Assembly: GCA_047638515.1 (NCBI GenBank)
Contig: JBLIME010000001.1
Span: 1-38,480, forward strand
From: Pseudohongiellaceae bacterium
GTDB taxonomy: Bacteria > Pseudomonadota > Gammaproteobacteria > Pseudomonadales > Cellvibrionaceae
Length of the DNA stretch: 38,480 bases
Direction: 5' to 3'
Shown: positions 1 to 7,961 of the stretch, in pieces
Position numbering within the stretch: position 1 is the stretch's first letter
How the letters are laid out: every line of letters begins with the position of its first letter
Notes under the pieces: generated by a model
Seen by the model: only the letters and a program-made list of their open reading frames with translations
The model's database searches: none
What the model was told of the DNA's origin: nothing
Program-made: the position numbers and the translations under genes

Positions 1-317
1 GCTGGCGCCCGTTCTTGTGGGAATAAAGCACAGCTGAATTACAAAATAGTCGAGGACCATTAAGGGTGGGCACAAATCAATTTTAATAGGGTGACGTGAT
101 TAAGCATGAATCTCCGGCTCGCGACAATGACGATAGGCGGGGCCGCCTCGAGCATTATTTAGGGGTGGAGGGTTCTTGACAGAGCGGCATATAAACAACC
201 GGCTAGTTTAGCTGCAGGGACGTAGGAGCAGTTGTCGAAATGCAAAAGGGCATTACATACCGGGCTAAACTTCTTCAATACTGTGAATGGAGTAGATGCC
301 ATGGCTTGGCGGCATAA

Positions 318-468
318 GACTTTCCCGAAATCAATTGAGGCAACGGTCGACGAAGATGCGGTAGCTGTGCCAGTCCTCTAAAAAGTCGATTACGTACCCT
401 CCGTCCATGAAGGGCGCTAGAATAATTGCTCCTGCATTTTCTATGTACCCTCCTTCCATGGAGGGCAT
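318..468 (-). ncRNA. Candidate Csr/Rsm-family (CsrA/RsmA-sequestering) small RNA; ends approximate
   Basis: On the minus strand, two 26-nt direct repeats (reverse complements of 443-468 and 391-416) fold as 6-bp GC-rich stems. They close hexaloops AUGGAA and AUGGAC, which fit ANGGAN. The only stem difference is C->U, giving a G.U wobble. More GGA sits in small loops: UGC-AGGA-GCA (427-436), AG-AGGA-CU (372-379), GAUUU-CGGGA-AAGUC (318-332). That is 7 GGA in about 135 nt. No clear terminator or promoter was found. Confidence 0.3.
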
Positions 469-687
469 CTTTTGGGTGGTAGAAGCGAGACGACATGCCC
501 AAAGCAGGCTTAAATTAGCGCCGTTGCGATCGAAGGTGGTGGTTCATTTGCAGGTCTTAGATTATTAACCGCATCGCCGAAGCAACAATTTTGTTGATCA
601 CGCCGGTTTGTACGCAGGCAAACTTTACAATCTTTATGTTAACGGGTTTGACTTATTGTACGAGTAGTGAGCAGGTACTTTGTAAAT

Positions 688-1545
688 TTACTCTAAAGAC
701 TCATTGTCGCGCAGACGCTCAAGTCGCGCCTCTTCTTCAGCTAGAACTGCTTTAATATCTTCTAAAACAGAATCGACATCAGCGGCAGCGGCATCGTCTT
801 CAAATAAGCCCGTGAGTATTGTCTCGGGATACAGTGTGCCATCTTCATAGAGCGCCCACATTTCTTTAGCGTATTGCGTCTTTAATATTTCTGGTTCAAA
901 TTGCCCATAATAACTTCGCATATTATTTACATCGCGCTCAAACATAACCTGTGCATTGTTATTGGCTGAGGCATCCACAGCCTGTGGCAAATCGATGATG
1001 ACCGGACCTTGTCCGTCAACAAGCACGTTGAATTCAGACAAGTCACCGTGAACTAAGCCCGCACACAACATCCGCATCACATACTCCATTACCAACGCAT
1101 GATCTTCTGAGGCTTGCTCAGCGGACATGCTGACATCACCTAGGCGCGGCGCAACGTCACCCTCATCATCAGTAACTAACTCCATTAACAATACGCCGTC
1201 AAGGCAACCAAAGGTCTCGGGCACGCGGACGCCTGCAAGCGCCGCACGCGAGAGCGCGTCAACCTCGGCATTTTGCCAAATTTCCTCTGCCTGTTTGCGA
1301 CCAAACTTAGAGCCCTTTTCCATTGCACGACCGCGTCGACTATTGCGAACTTTACGCCCCTCTTGGTATTGCGCCGCTTTTTTAAAGCTGCGTTTAGCCG
1401 CCTCTTTATAGACTTTGGCGCAACGTATATCAGGACCACAGCGCACTACATAAATATCAGCCTCTTTACCGCTCATTAAACGGCTAATCACTTCATCGAT
1501 CCAACCGTCGTCGACTAGCGGCTGAATGCGTTTTGGAATTTTCAT
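688..1545 (-). CDS. RIO1-family atypical protein kinase/ATPase (bacterial RIO)
   Basis: RIO signatures are present: SGKEADIYVV (nucleotide loop), CAKVYK (Lys), LVHGDLSEFNVLV (catalytic loop), IIDLPQAVD (metal-binding Asp). The ORF track starts at a GTG (1551). The ATG two codons in (1545), giving MKIPKR, is the more likely start. Confidence 0.85.
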   Translation of the reverse strand: MKIPKRIQPLVDDGWIDEVISRLMSGKEADIYVVRCGPDIRCAKVYKEAAKRSFKKAAQYQEGRKVRNSRRGRAMEKGSKFGRKQAEEIWQNAEVDALSRAALAGVRVPETFGCLDGVLLMELVTDDEGDVAPRLGDVSMSAEQASEDHALVMEYVMRMLCAGLVHGDLSEFNVLVDGQGPVIIDLPQAVDASANNNAQVMFERDVNNMRSYYGQFEPEILKTQYAKEMWALYEDGTLYPETILTGLFEDDAAAADVDSVLEDIKAVLAEEEARLERLRDNESLE

Positions 1546-1830
1546 GCCCACCCTATAACCCTATATTTTACGTTTAAACCACCCTCTATCCTATCATTGA
1601 TAAGGCTTGGAGAGAGAAAACTGTGCAAAATTAACTAGTGGCGATCATTGTTACCACCGGCTCTTAACTGTTGAACATCTCACTGTAAAACTTATACACC
1701 ATATAATTAATGCGCCGATCCATATTCAATTATTTGCCTAGCCTAACCATTAACTAAGATGACACATTTATCGTTGCGGGCATTTAAACCAGAATCAGAT
1801 GCTCACCGGAGCGCCGATTCACAAATAGCA

Positions 1831-2376
1831 TTAAATACCCTCTTTAAAAAAAGTTTTCCGGTAATGCCTAAGCTCGGCTATCGAATCTTTAATATCATCC
1901 ATCGCTAAATGCGCGCCCGTTTTTTTAAAGCCTTTGAGTATCTCTGGGCTCCAGCGCTGAGCGAGCTCTTTAATTGAGCTGACATCGAGATTACGGTAGT
2001 GAAAATAGGCCTCTAAGCGGGGCATATAGTTGGCTAAAAAGCGACGATCTTGGCAGATACTATTGCCAGCCATTGGCGATTTGCCTTTAGGCACCCAGAC
2101 CTCTAAAAACTTAATCGTCGCCGACTCCGCAGATGCGGCAGTTATCTCGCTACCACGCACGCGTTCGGCGAGCCCAGATTTACCATGCTGATTGGTATTC
2201 CAGGCATCCATTGCATTTAGCCGCTCATCACTTTGATGAATTGCATAGACGGGGCCTTCAGCGAGAATATTTAGCTGACTATCGGTAACAATAGTGGCAA
2301 TTTCGATAATGACATCATCATTGGGCTCAAGACCGGTCATTTCCAGATCAATCCAAATAAGGTTTTCGTTTTTCAT
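1831..2376 (-). CDS. orn: Oligoribonuclease (DEDDh 3'-5' exonuclease)
   Basis: 181 aa. Motifs [12 protein letters not shown] and [18 protein letters not shown] are present. It lies divergent to rsgA, as in E. coli. Confidence 0.95.
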   Translation of the reverse strand: MKNENLIWIDLEMTGLEPNDDVIIEIATIVTDSQLNILAEGPVYAIHQSDERLNAMDAWNTNQHGKSGLAERVRGSEITAASAESATIKFLEVWVPKGKSPMAGNSICQDRRFLANYMPRLEAYFHYRNLDVSSIKELAQRWSPEILKGFKKTGAHLAMDDIKDSIAELRHYRKTFFKEGI

Positions 2377-2553
2377 ACTGTGTTTATCCTTGTTTTAAGC
2401 TATTCTACCGCGAAAGCAGTCGTGCGTAATCATTTGCTAGTTCAATTTGTCGATTGATTATGCATTAACTAAGCCATAGCTAGCACAGCACTTATATAAA
2501 ACAAAAGCGTATATTAATTACCCGCTAAATCTAAGCCTTACAATGAGTATTGA

Positions 2554-3729
2554 ATGAGCAAACGTAAATTATCGCGACGTCAAGCATGGCGAATTGAAAA
2601 AATTCAGCAGGAGCGTCAGGTTCGCGCAGCTAAACGCGATGAGAACGTAGGTCGACTCGCGGGTGACACCGACAATAACAGCGACAAAACCTCTGGCAGT
2701 AACAGTGAGTTGGGACCGGAACAGTTGGGCTTAGTGATCGCACACTTCGGCACTCAGGTTGAAATCGAATCACTTTGTTTGTCGTCAGATGTGAGCGGCT
2801 ACGATAAGCTCGCTGAAGATGCCGCAACAGCAACAGCGATAGTTACCGGCGAGTCTTCGGAGCGTATCCGACGTCGCTGCCATTTCAGAGCAAACCTTGG
2901 CTCCCTCGTCACCGGCGACCACGTCGTGTTTCGAGACGGCCAGCCCATGGGCGTAGTGGTTGCGGTTAAAGATCGAAAAACCGCGCTCTCGCGCCCGGAT
3001 CCCTATGGCGAATTAAAAACAATCGCAGCTAATATCGACCGTATTTTGATCGTCATTGCACCCGTTCCAAAACCACACACTCAGCTAGTCGATCGCTATA
3101 TTGTTGCCGCCGAAACTCTAGGTATCAAAGCCGCTCTGGTGATTAACAAAACGGATTTAATCGATGACAGTAACCGCGAAACCATTGAGAATTTCGTCGA
3201 CATCTACCGTAGTTTAAATTATGAAGTGATCACCGCATCGACCTATAAGCCTTCTGACAAGAGTGATAGTGATGTCGGTAACGGTGGTCGCGAGGAATAT
3301 GAGGGACTCGCAGACCTACAAGAATTTTTAACCCATCACACCTCTGTTTTTGTCGGACAATCGGGGGTGGGAAAGTCATCATTGATTAATGTGCTGATCC
3401 CCGACCTGAACTTGCAAGTTGGTGAAATTTCTGAATCTAATCAAAAAGGTATTCACACCACCACTACTGCCCAATTGTTTCATTTTCCGAAAGGAGGCGA
3501 CCTAATTGACTCCCCAGGAATTCGTGAATTTGGTTTATGGCATATGAGTGGAGAGGATATTTTAGAGGGTTTTATAGAGCTGCGACCGTTTATCGGTCAT
3601 TGTAAGTTTCGAGACTGCCGACATAAGAAAGAACCACAATGCGCGATTCTTGACGCCTACAGCGATGGCAAGATTAGCTCTTATCGAATGGAGAGCTATG
3701 AAGCGCTCAGAGAAAGTACGGAGAGATAA
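2554..3729 (+). CDS. rsgA: Small ribosomal subunit biogenesis GTPase RsgA (YjeQ)
   Basis: Circularly permuted GTPase motif order: NKTDL (G4), GQSGVGKSSLIN (G1), DSPG (G3). A C-terminal Zn knuckle reads CKFRDCRHKKEPQC. Low-complexity acidic/Ser-rich insertions are present. Confidence 0.9.
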   Translation: MSKRKLSRRQAWRIEKIQQERQVRAAKRDENVGRLAGDTDNNSDKTSGSNSELGPEQLGLVIAHFGTQVEIESLCLSSDVSGYDKLAEDAATATAIVTGESSERIRRRCHFRANLGSLVTGDHVVFRDGQPMGVVVAVKDRKTALSRPDPYGELKTIAANIDRILIVIAPVPKPHTQLVDRYIVAAETLGIKAALVINKTDLIDDSNRETIENFVDIYRSLNYEVITASTYKPSDKSDSDVGNGGREEYEGLADLQEFLTHHTSVFVGQSGVGKSSLINVLIPDLNLQVGEISESNQKGIHTTTTAQLFHFPKGGDLIDSPGIREFGLWHMSGEDILEGFIELRPFIGHCKFRDCRHKKEPQCAILDAYSDGKISSYRMESYEALRESTER

Positions 3730-3809
3730 TCTAGCGACGCTGAAACCAATTGACAAGGCTCGCCAGGCGGAGCTCTATTACTACAACCTCAAACACTAAC
3801 GTTATAGCG

Positions 3810-4289
3810 CTAAAGTGGTTTAGAATTTTCGACTAGTTTGGCGGCTTTTTCTAACATCTGCTGTAACTCATTTATGTTTTCCTGCACGCGATCGTTGCCC
3901 AGTTGGCTACTCATGCGCGCAAGCTCGGGCAACTTTTCGAGAGTTTTCTTACCGGTATCGGTGCTGTAAAAAGCGCTGATATCTCTTAGCTCTTGCACTG
4001 AAAAAGTTGTTGAATACAGATCAACGATATCCTTTTTTAGGCTGTCATAGCTCATATGCTTGGCTAGAAACTTTCTCATAACTCCAAGATACGGTAACAG
4101 CTCAGGGCTTTGTTGGATTTGAAAATCGAGGTTTTGAGTAATGGAATTATCGAAAATCTGCTCCATACCCAGCTTATCTAATAATCTTTCTGCCTCGACT
4201 ACTGAGTCGTCGTTTGCCCAAGCACTTGTAAAAAATAGTGATGACATAAAAGCAAGTGGAAAAAGAATTAACGCCTTTACGCTCTTCAT
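3810..4289 (-). CDS. Secreted/periplasmic DUF2059-like protein
   Basis: N-terminal signal peptide (MKSVKALILFPLAFMSSLFFTSAWA). The segment FSVQELRDISAFYSTDTGKKTLEKLPEL resembles the DUF2059 signature as I remember it. Confidence 0.7.
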   Translation of the reverse strand: MKSVKALILFPLAFMSSLFFTSAWANDDSVVEAERLLDKLGMEQIFDNSITQNLDFQIQQSPELLPYLGVMRKFLAKHMSYDSLKKDIVDLYSTTFSVQELRDISAFYSTDTGKKTLEKLPELARMSSQLGNDRVQENINELQQMLEKAAKLVENSKPL

Positions 4290-4416
4290 GAATTACCTTT
4301 TAGATCGAAGTTTATAGAATTATATTCTGAGATTGTACGCCAGAGAGCAACTTATATTTTTTTAAGTTTTATTTATAAAAATTTTACGCAAAAAAAATCC
4401 AGCAATTTATAGGTGC

Positions 4417-4914
4417 TTAACTGACGGCCCGAGTCTCACCCCAAGTCAGGGCGCGATGCTCGAGATATTCTTTTGCAGCAGCAACTGCGGCTTCATCGGC
4501 TTCAGCGCTATGTGCAATAACGTTGATAATGCCTAGGTAACGCGCTCTATCCGCATCATTTATGTCCGTGTTGACCACCCTTGCCAACATATTTACGGTG
4601 ACATAGGTAGGCTTAGATCCAAGCGATGTCAATAAGGCCGGCACATAGGTTTTGCTCGAGTTCTCCACTAGTGTGGCCAAGGGCCCAGGGCTGCCCAATT
4701 CTATCTTGGGGTGCTTTTCATAAAAACCAAAAATATCCGCCAAGACATCGCTTAGCTCTTGGCCTTCAAGCATATCACTGAGGTCATAGAGGGCGAGCTC
4801 TAAATCTGCCGTTCCAAAATTGCCACTATTTAGACAACCCTCGACATCCACTGCCGCCAAGCTATCGCAGAACATCTTACTATTCAAATCCATAACAATC
4901 TCTGTAGTGATCAC
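4417..4914 (-). CDS. Hypothetical acidic all-helical protein (165 aa)
   Basis: Clean ORF divergent from the HDOD gene. No signal peptide or TM segment. It contains an ELGSPGPLATLVE motif. The start is either GTG at 4914 or ATG at 4893. Confidence 0.55.
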   Translation of the reverse strand: MITTEIVMDLNSKMFCDSLAAVDVEGCLNSGNFGTADLELALYDLSDMLEGQELSDVLADIFGFYEKHPKIELGSPGPLATLVENSSKTYVPALLTSLGSKPTYVTVNMLARVVNTDINDADRARYLGIINVIAHSAEADEAAVAAAKEYLEHRALTWGETRAVS

Positions 4915-5092
4915 TCAACAATTTGCCAAGCCATCGTTATTTGAGGTTAGTTTCAGGCACAGTGCCTTTTATCACTTGTTTGTAAACAGATAGTCAACTA
5001 TTGCGTTCAAAATATAGACTCAACAAAAACCGCGTAATAATCTATCATGAACTATATTGTAATGAATTAATGCACAAATACTACCATTCAAG

Positions 5093-6574
5093 ATGATCGT
5101 CACCAATATGCAAAAGTCAAAACAAACAACTTCTCGTCTCTCGCTGTGGCTACAAAACCTGCCCAAACACACTCTCGCTATTAATAATCGCGTAGCTAAA
5201 AAAGTATTATATGAGATTGACGATCACAACTCGTCAGCTCAGGATCTTGCATCACAGATACAACAAGATCCGGTCTTGTGCTTAAAACTGTACTTGAAGC
5301 TCAAACGTCGATTGAGTAATCAAAACACATGCATACAGGGCTTAGAGCACCTGATCAGCTTAATGGGTACTGAGAGTATCGCACTAGTGATTAATCAGGC
5401 GCCTAAAAGCGACTGCGCCAGCAGCGACAGTCAACAAGAGCTGTATGCCGCGAGTTTTTTTGCCGCGCAAATGGCTAGCCAGTTACTTCCCGAAAAGCAC
5501 GGCACCTCGGGCAAGATGTTTTTTTTACCTGCCATGCTGCTAAATGCTCCCTTGTGGCTGATGTGGATAGCCGCGCCTAAGTTGATGGAGCAGGTAAAAA
5601 CCACAAAAAGCGGTAAGAAAACGACGAGTCCGCTAGAAAGCCTATTTGCAAAGACGCTGAGTTTTCCGATCCAAGATCTTTTAGAACAAACTCACCGCTA
5701 CCTGCCGCTGCCGGAGCTTAGCCTAAAAGCACTAACCGCACGCCTCGATAAAAACACCTACTTTTGGGGAAAAGTTAACTTCATACCAATGGCACAGCTA
5801 CAGCCTTGGATGGCTGAAGATATTGCTGCAAAGCGCCGTCTTTATGCTCCCGAGACGGGACTTTTTCTACTCAATCACTACGCACTGGCAGTTTATTTTG
5901 ACAAGCAAGGTCGGCATATAAAACGCTTAGGTCGGTTAGCCGCAAGGCATCTAAATCTTAGCGAAAAAAAGTTTTATCAAGCCGTTATCATGATTGCGAG
6001 CACACTGGAACTACCTCAAGAAATGAAGGGTCGCTTTTCGCCAATTTATCGCTACCGCAGCCTCCATAAAGAACTTAGTGGGGATAATGCCAACAGCAAT
6101 ACTGCCATACTCAAGCAGTACCTACTCAAGTTAAAACGATCGAAAGCGAGTCATAACAGCTTGCAGTTAGCACTCGAGGCCCTGACTCACGGCGCCGAGG
6201 TAGAACGCAGTATGATTTTTGTACTTGAGAAGAATCGCCTATCGCTTAAATACCAAGCGGGCTTTACTGATGTTGCTCTCAAAAATTTAGACATCAGTGT
6301 TAATGATGCTGGCGAATTTTTCTCTTATCTATTAAACCAACCCGTGGTGGTTATTGCCGATAAACTTAAACTACCCCTTATCACAAAACAATTACCGACA
6401 GCTCTGATCCAACATTGGCAGCCGAGACCTTGCGGCATCATGTCGTTGTTTAATGATGAAGAGCCCTATGCCATCATTATTGGCGAGCACCATGACTGGA
6501 GTGCCCAGCGTCACGAACACTTCAAAATCATTGGTAGACATTTGTTAAACAACCTCAAACAATGTGGATCCTAA
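5093..6574 (+). CDS. HDOD-like domain signalling protein, no recognisable output domain
   Basis: The N-terminal roughly 100 aa (SAQDLASQIQQDPVLCLKLYLKL ... GLEHLISLMGTESIALVINQAP) resembles the HDOD pattern. I do not recognise the C-terminal 300 aa. Confidence 0.55.
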   Translation: MIVTNMQKSKQTTSRLSLWLQNLPKHTLAINNRVAKKVLYEIDDHNSSAQDLASQIQQDPVLCLKLYLKLKRRLSNQNTCIQGLEHLISLMGTESIALVINQAPKSDCASSDSQQELYAASFFAAQMASQLLPEKHGTSGKMFFLPAMLLNAPLWLMWIAAPKLMEQVKTTKSGKKTTSPLESLFAKTLSFPIQDLLEQTHRYLPLPELSLKALTARLDKNTYFWGKVNFIPMAQLQPWMAEDIAAKRRLYAPETGLFLLNHYALAVYFDKQGRHIKRLGRLAARHLNLSEKKFYQAVIMIASTLELPQEMKGRFSPIYRYRSLHKELSGDNANSNTAILKQYLLKLKRSKASHNSLQLALEALTHGAEVERSMIFVLEKNRLSLKYQAGFTDVALKNLDISVNDAGEFFSYLLNQPVVVIADKLKLPLITKQLPTALIQHWQPRPCGIMSLFNDEEPYAIIIGEHHDWSAQRHEHFKIIGRHLLNNLKQCGS

Positions 6575-6883
6575 ACCCTAATATTTACCAGCGCGGTGGC
6601 CTTAACCACAATCATGATCAAAAGCACTTCTCAACATCTGCTAGCAATCTTAAGCCACTCGGGCAGTTAACCCTGATATTTGCGCGCACGGTGATTTGAG
6701 AATTAAGTTCTGCGACTATTAATTTCTAAGTTTTTACATCCACTAGGTTTAAGCCACCTAGTCTTATTGTCCACACACATTGACTAAAATTATTGGTAAA
6801 GCATTAGGCCTTGATAAGTCGTAGTAACTAAGTTGCTACAAGGTTAGATGTTCCTCAGGTAAATGCGAGAGTGTTCCGCTACA

Positions 6884-6907
6884 ATAGTCATTTAAATAGT
6901 CACTTAA
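6884..6907. repeat. 12-nt tandem duplication ATAGTCATTTAA / ATAGTCACTTAA in the psd upstream region
   Basis: Two adjacent units match at 11 of 12 positions. A 13-nt-period pair GTTAGCTT...GTTAGCTT follows at 6924-6949. Confidence 0.7.
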
Positions 6908-6991
6908 AATTGAGTAGCCTTTCGTTAGCTTAAGCGGTTAGCTTGATGGGTGACCTAAGCCGTTAATTTGAACATCTATGTGAACATAAAC

Positions 6992-7876
6992 ATGAAGAAC
7001 ATTTTATTTATTTTTTTCCAACATATTATTCCCCAACAACTACTCTCCCGTCTTGCGGGCCATGTCGCGGAGTTTACTGCTCCCTGGTTTAGAAAACGCC
7101 TCATTCACTGGTTTATTAAGCGCTACAAAGTCGATATGAGTATTGCCGAGAATCCAGCGCCCGATAGCTACCGACACTTCAATGATTTTTTTACCCGCCT
7201 GTTAGCCGAGGGCCAACGTCCTATTGATAAGGCCAGACACTCTATTGTCTCTCCAGCTGATGGCTGTATTAGCCAACTAGGTGAGATTAAGCATGGACGT
7301 ATATTTCAAGCTAAAGGCCAAGAATATAGCCTACAAGAATTGATAGGTGGTAGCGATGCTCTGGCAGCACCCTTCAAAAATGGGCGATTTGCCACGGTCT
7401 ATTTGTCACCTAAAGATTATCATCGTGTACATATGCCAATCGCCGGCACCCTCACACAAATGCTGCATGTACCTGGCGATCTATTTTCAGTCAATGGGAC
7501 AACCGCTAACAACGTGCCGCGCCTGTTTGCTCGTAACGAACGCGTTGTTTGCCTGTTTGACACTGAACTCGGACCTATGGCCATTATCTTAGTAGGCGCA
7601 ATGATCGTTGCAAGTATCGAGGTCCCTTGGGCAGGCCTTATTACTCCCGTTAAAAAGCAGGTTCGGAGCTGGCATTATCCGTCACTAGAGGGTTCAACAT
7701 CCGACAATAACTCACCAGCACCAATTCACCTTGGAAAAGGCGAGGAGATGGGTCGTTTCAAACTCGGCTCTACCGCAATTGTTTTGTTTGGCGATAAGGT
7801 AATGAAGTGGGATGCGGCTCTCGCCACTCAATCGCCAGTGATGATGGGCCAAGCTATAGGTCAGACGGTTAGTTAG
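6992..7876 (+). CDS. psd: Phosphatidylserine decarboxylase proenzyme
   Basis: Collinear with E. coli Psd (YLSPKDYHRVHMP, VPGDLFSVN, ARNERV). The self-cleavage motif FKLGSTAIV (LGST) is present. The ORF track starts at TTG 6968. ATG at 6992 (MKNILFIFFQHIIPQQ) aligns with the E. coli N-terminus. Confidence 0.93.
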   Translation: MKNILFIFFQHIIPQQLLSRLAGHVAEFTAPWFRKRLIHWFIKRYKVDMSIAENPAPDSYRHFNDFFTRLLAEGQRPIDKARHSIVSPADGCISQLGEIKHGRIFQAKGQEYSLQELIGGSDALAAPFKNGRFATVYLSPKDYHRVHMPIAGTLTQMLHVPGDLFSVNGTTANNVPRLFARNERVVCLFDTELGPMAIILVGAMIVASIEVPWAGLITPVKKQVRSWHYPSLEGSTSDNNSPAPIHLGKGEEMGRFKLGSTAIVLFGDKVMKWDAALATQSPVMMGQAIGQTVS

Positions 7877-7961
7877 GATATGAGTCAGGTAATTAGCTAG
7901 GCAATAAGCTAGGTAGCGAGTTAAGTGGCCAACTAGGTGATGATTTAGGTAAGCGAAGAGC
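7866..7961. repeat. Degenerate 12-nt phased tandem array (about 8 units, consensus near TAAnnAGCTAGG) spanning the psd stop codon
   Basis: AGG recurs at 7875, 7887, 7899, 7911, 7935 and 7947, all in a 12-nt phase. In the psd frame, stops fall at 7874, 7898, 7910, 7922, 7934 and 7946. Confidence 0.8.

Noticed and set aside
391-468. Possible mini-CRISPR (two 26-nt repeats separated by a 26-nt spacer)
   Set aside because: There are only two copies and they are imperfect. No cas genes or leader are in the window. The spacer itself carries a GGA mini-hairpin, so the unit looks like a duplicated RNA module.
275-502. 75-aa minus-strand ORF (MGMSSRF...) containing a repeated ALHGRRV peptide
   Set aside because: The peptide repeat is simply the translation of the 26-nt hairpin repeat. 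The product is extremely Arg/His-rich, starts at TTG and has no RBS. An RNA explanation fits better.
608-630. Inverted repeat TTGTA-N13-TACAA upstream of the candidate sRNA, considered as a GacA/UvrY box
   Set aside because: The consensus TGTAAG-N6-CTTACA has 10 nt between TGTA and TACA. Here the gap is 13 nt and the half-sites are degenerate. It cannot be called a GacA box.
6574-6681. AACCCT(A/G)ATATTT 13-mer present twice, 95 nt apart, with a similar AACCCTATATTT at 1556
   Set aside because: The match is short, the flanks are not conserved, and it could be chance or generic -10-like AT-rich sequence.
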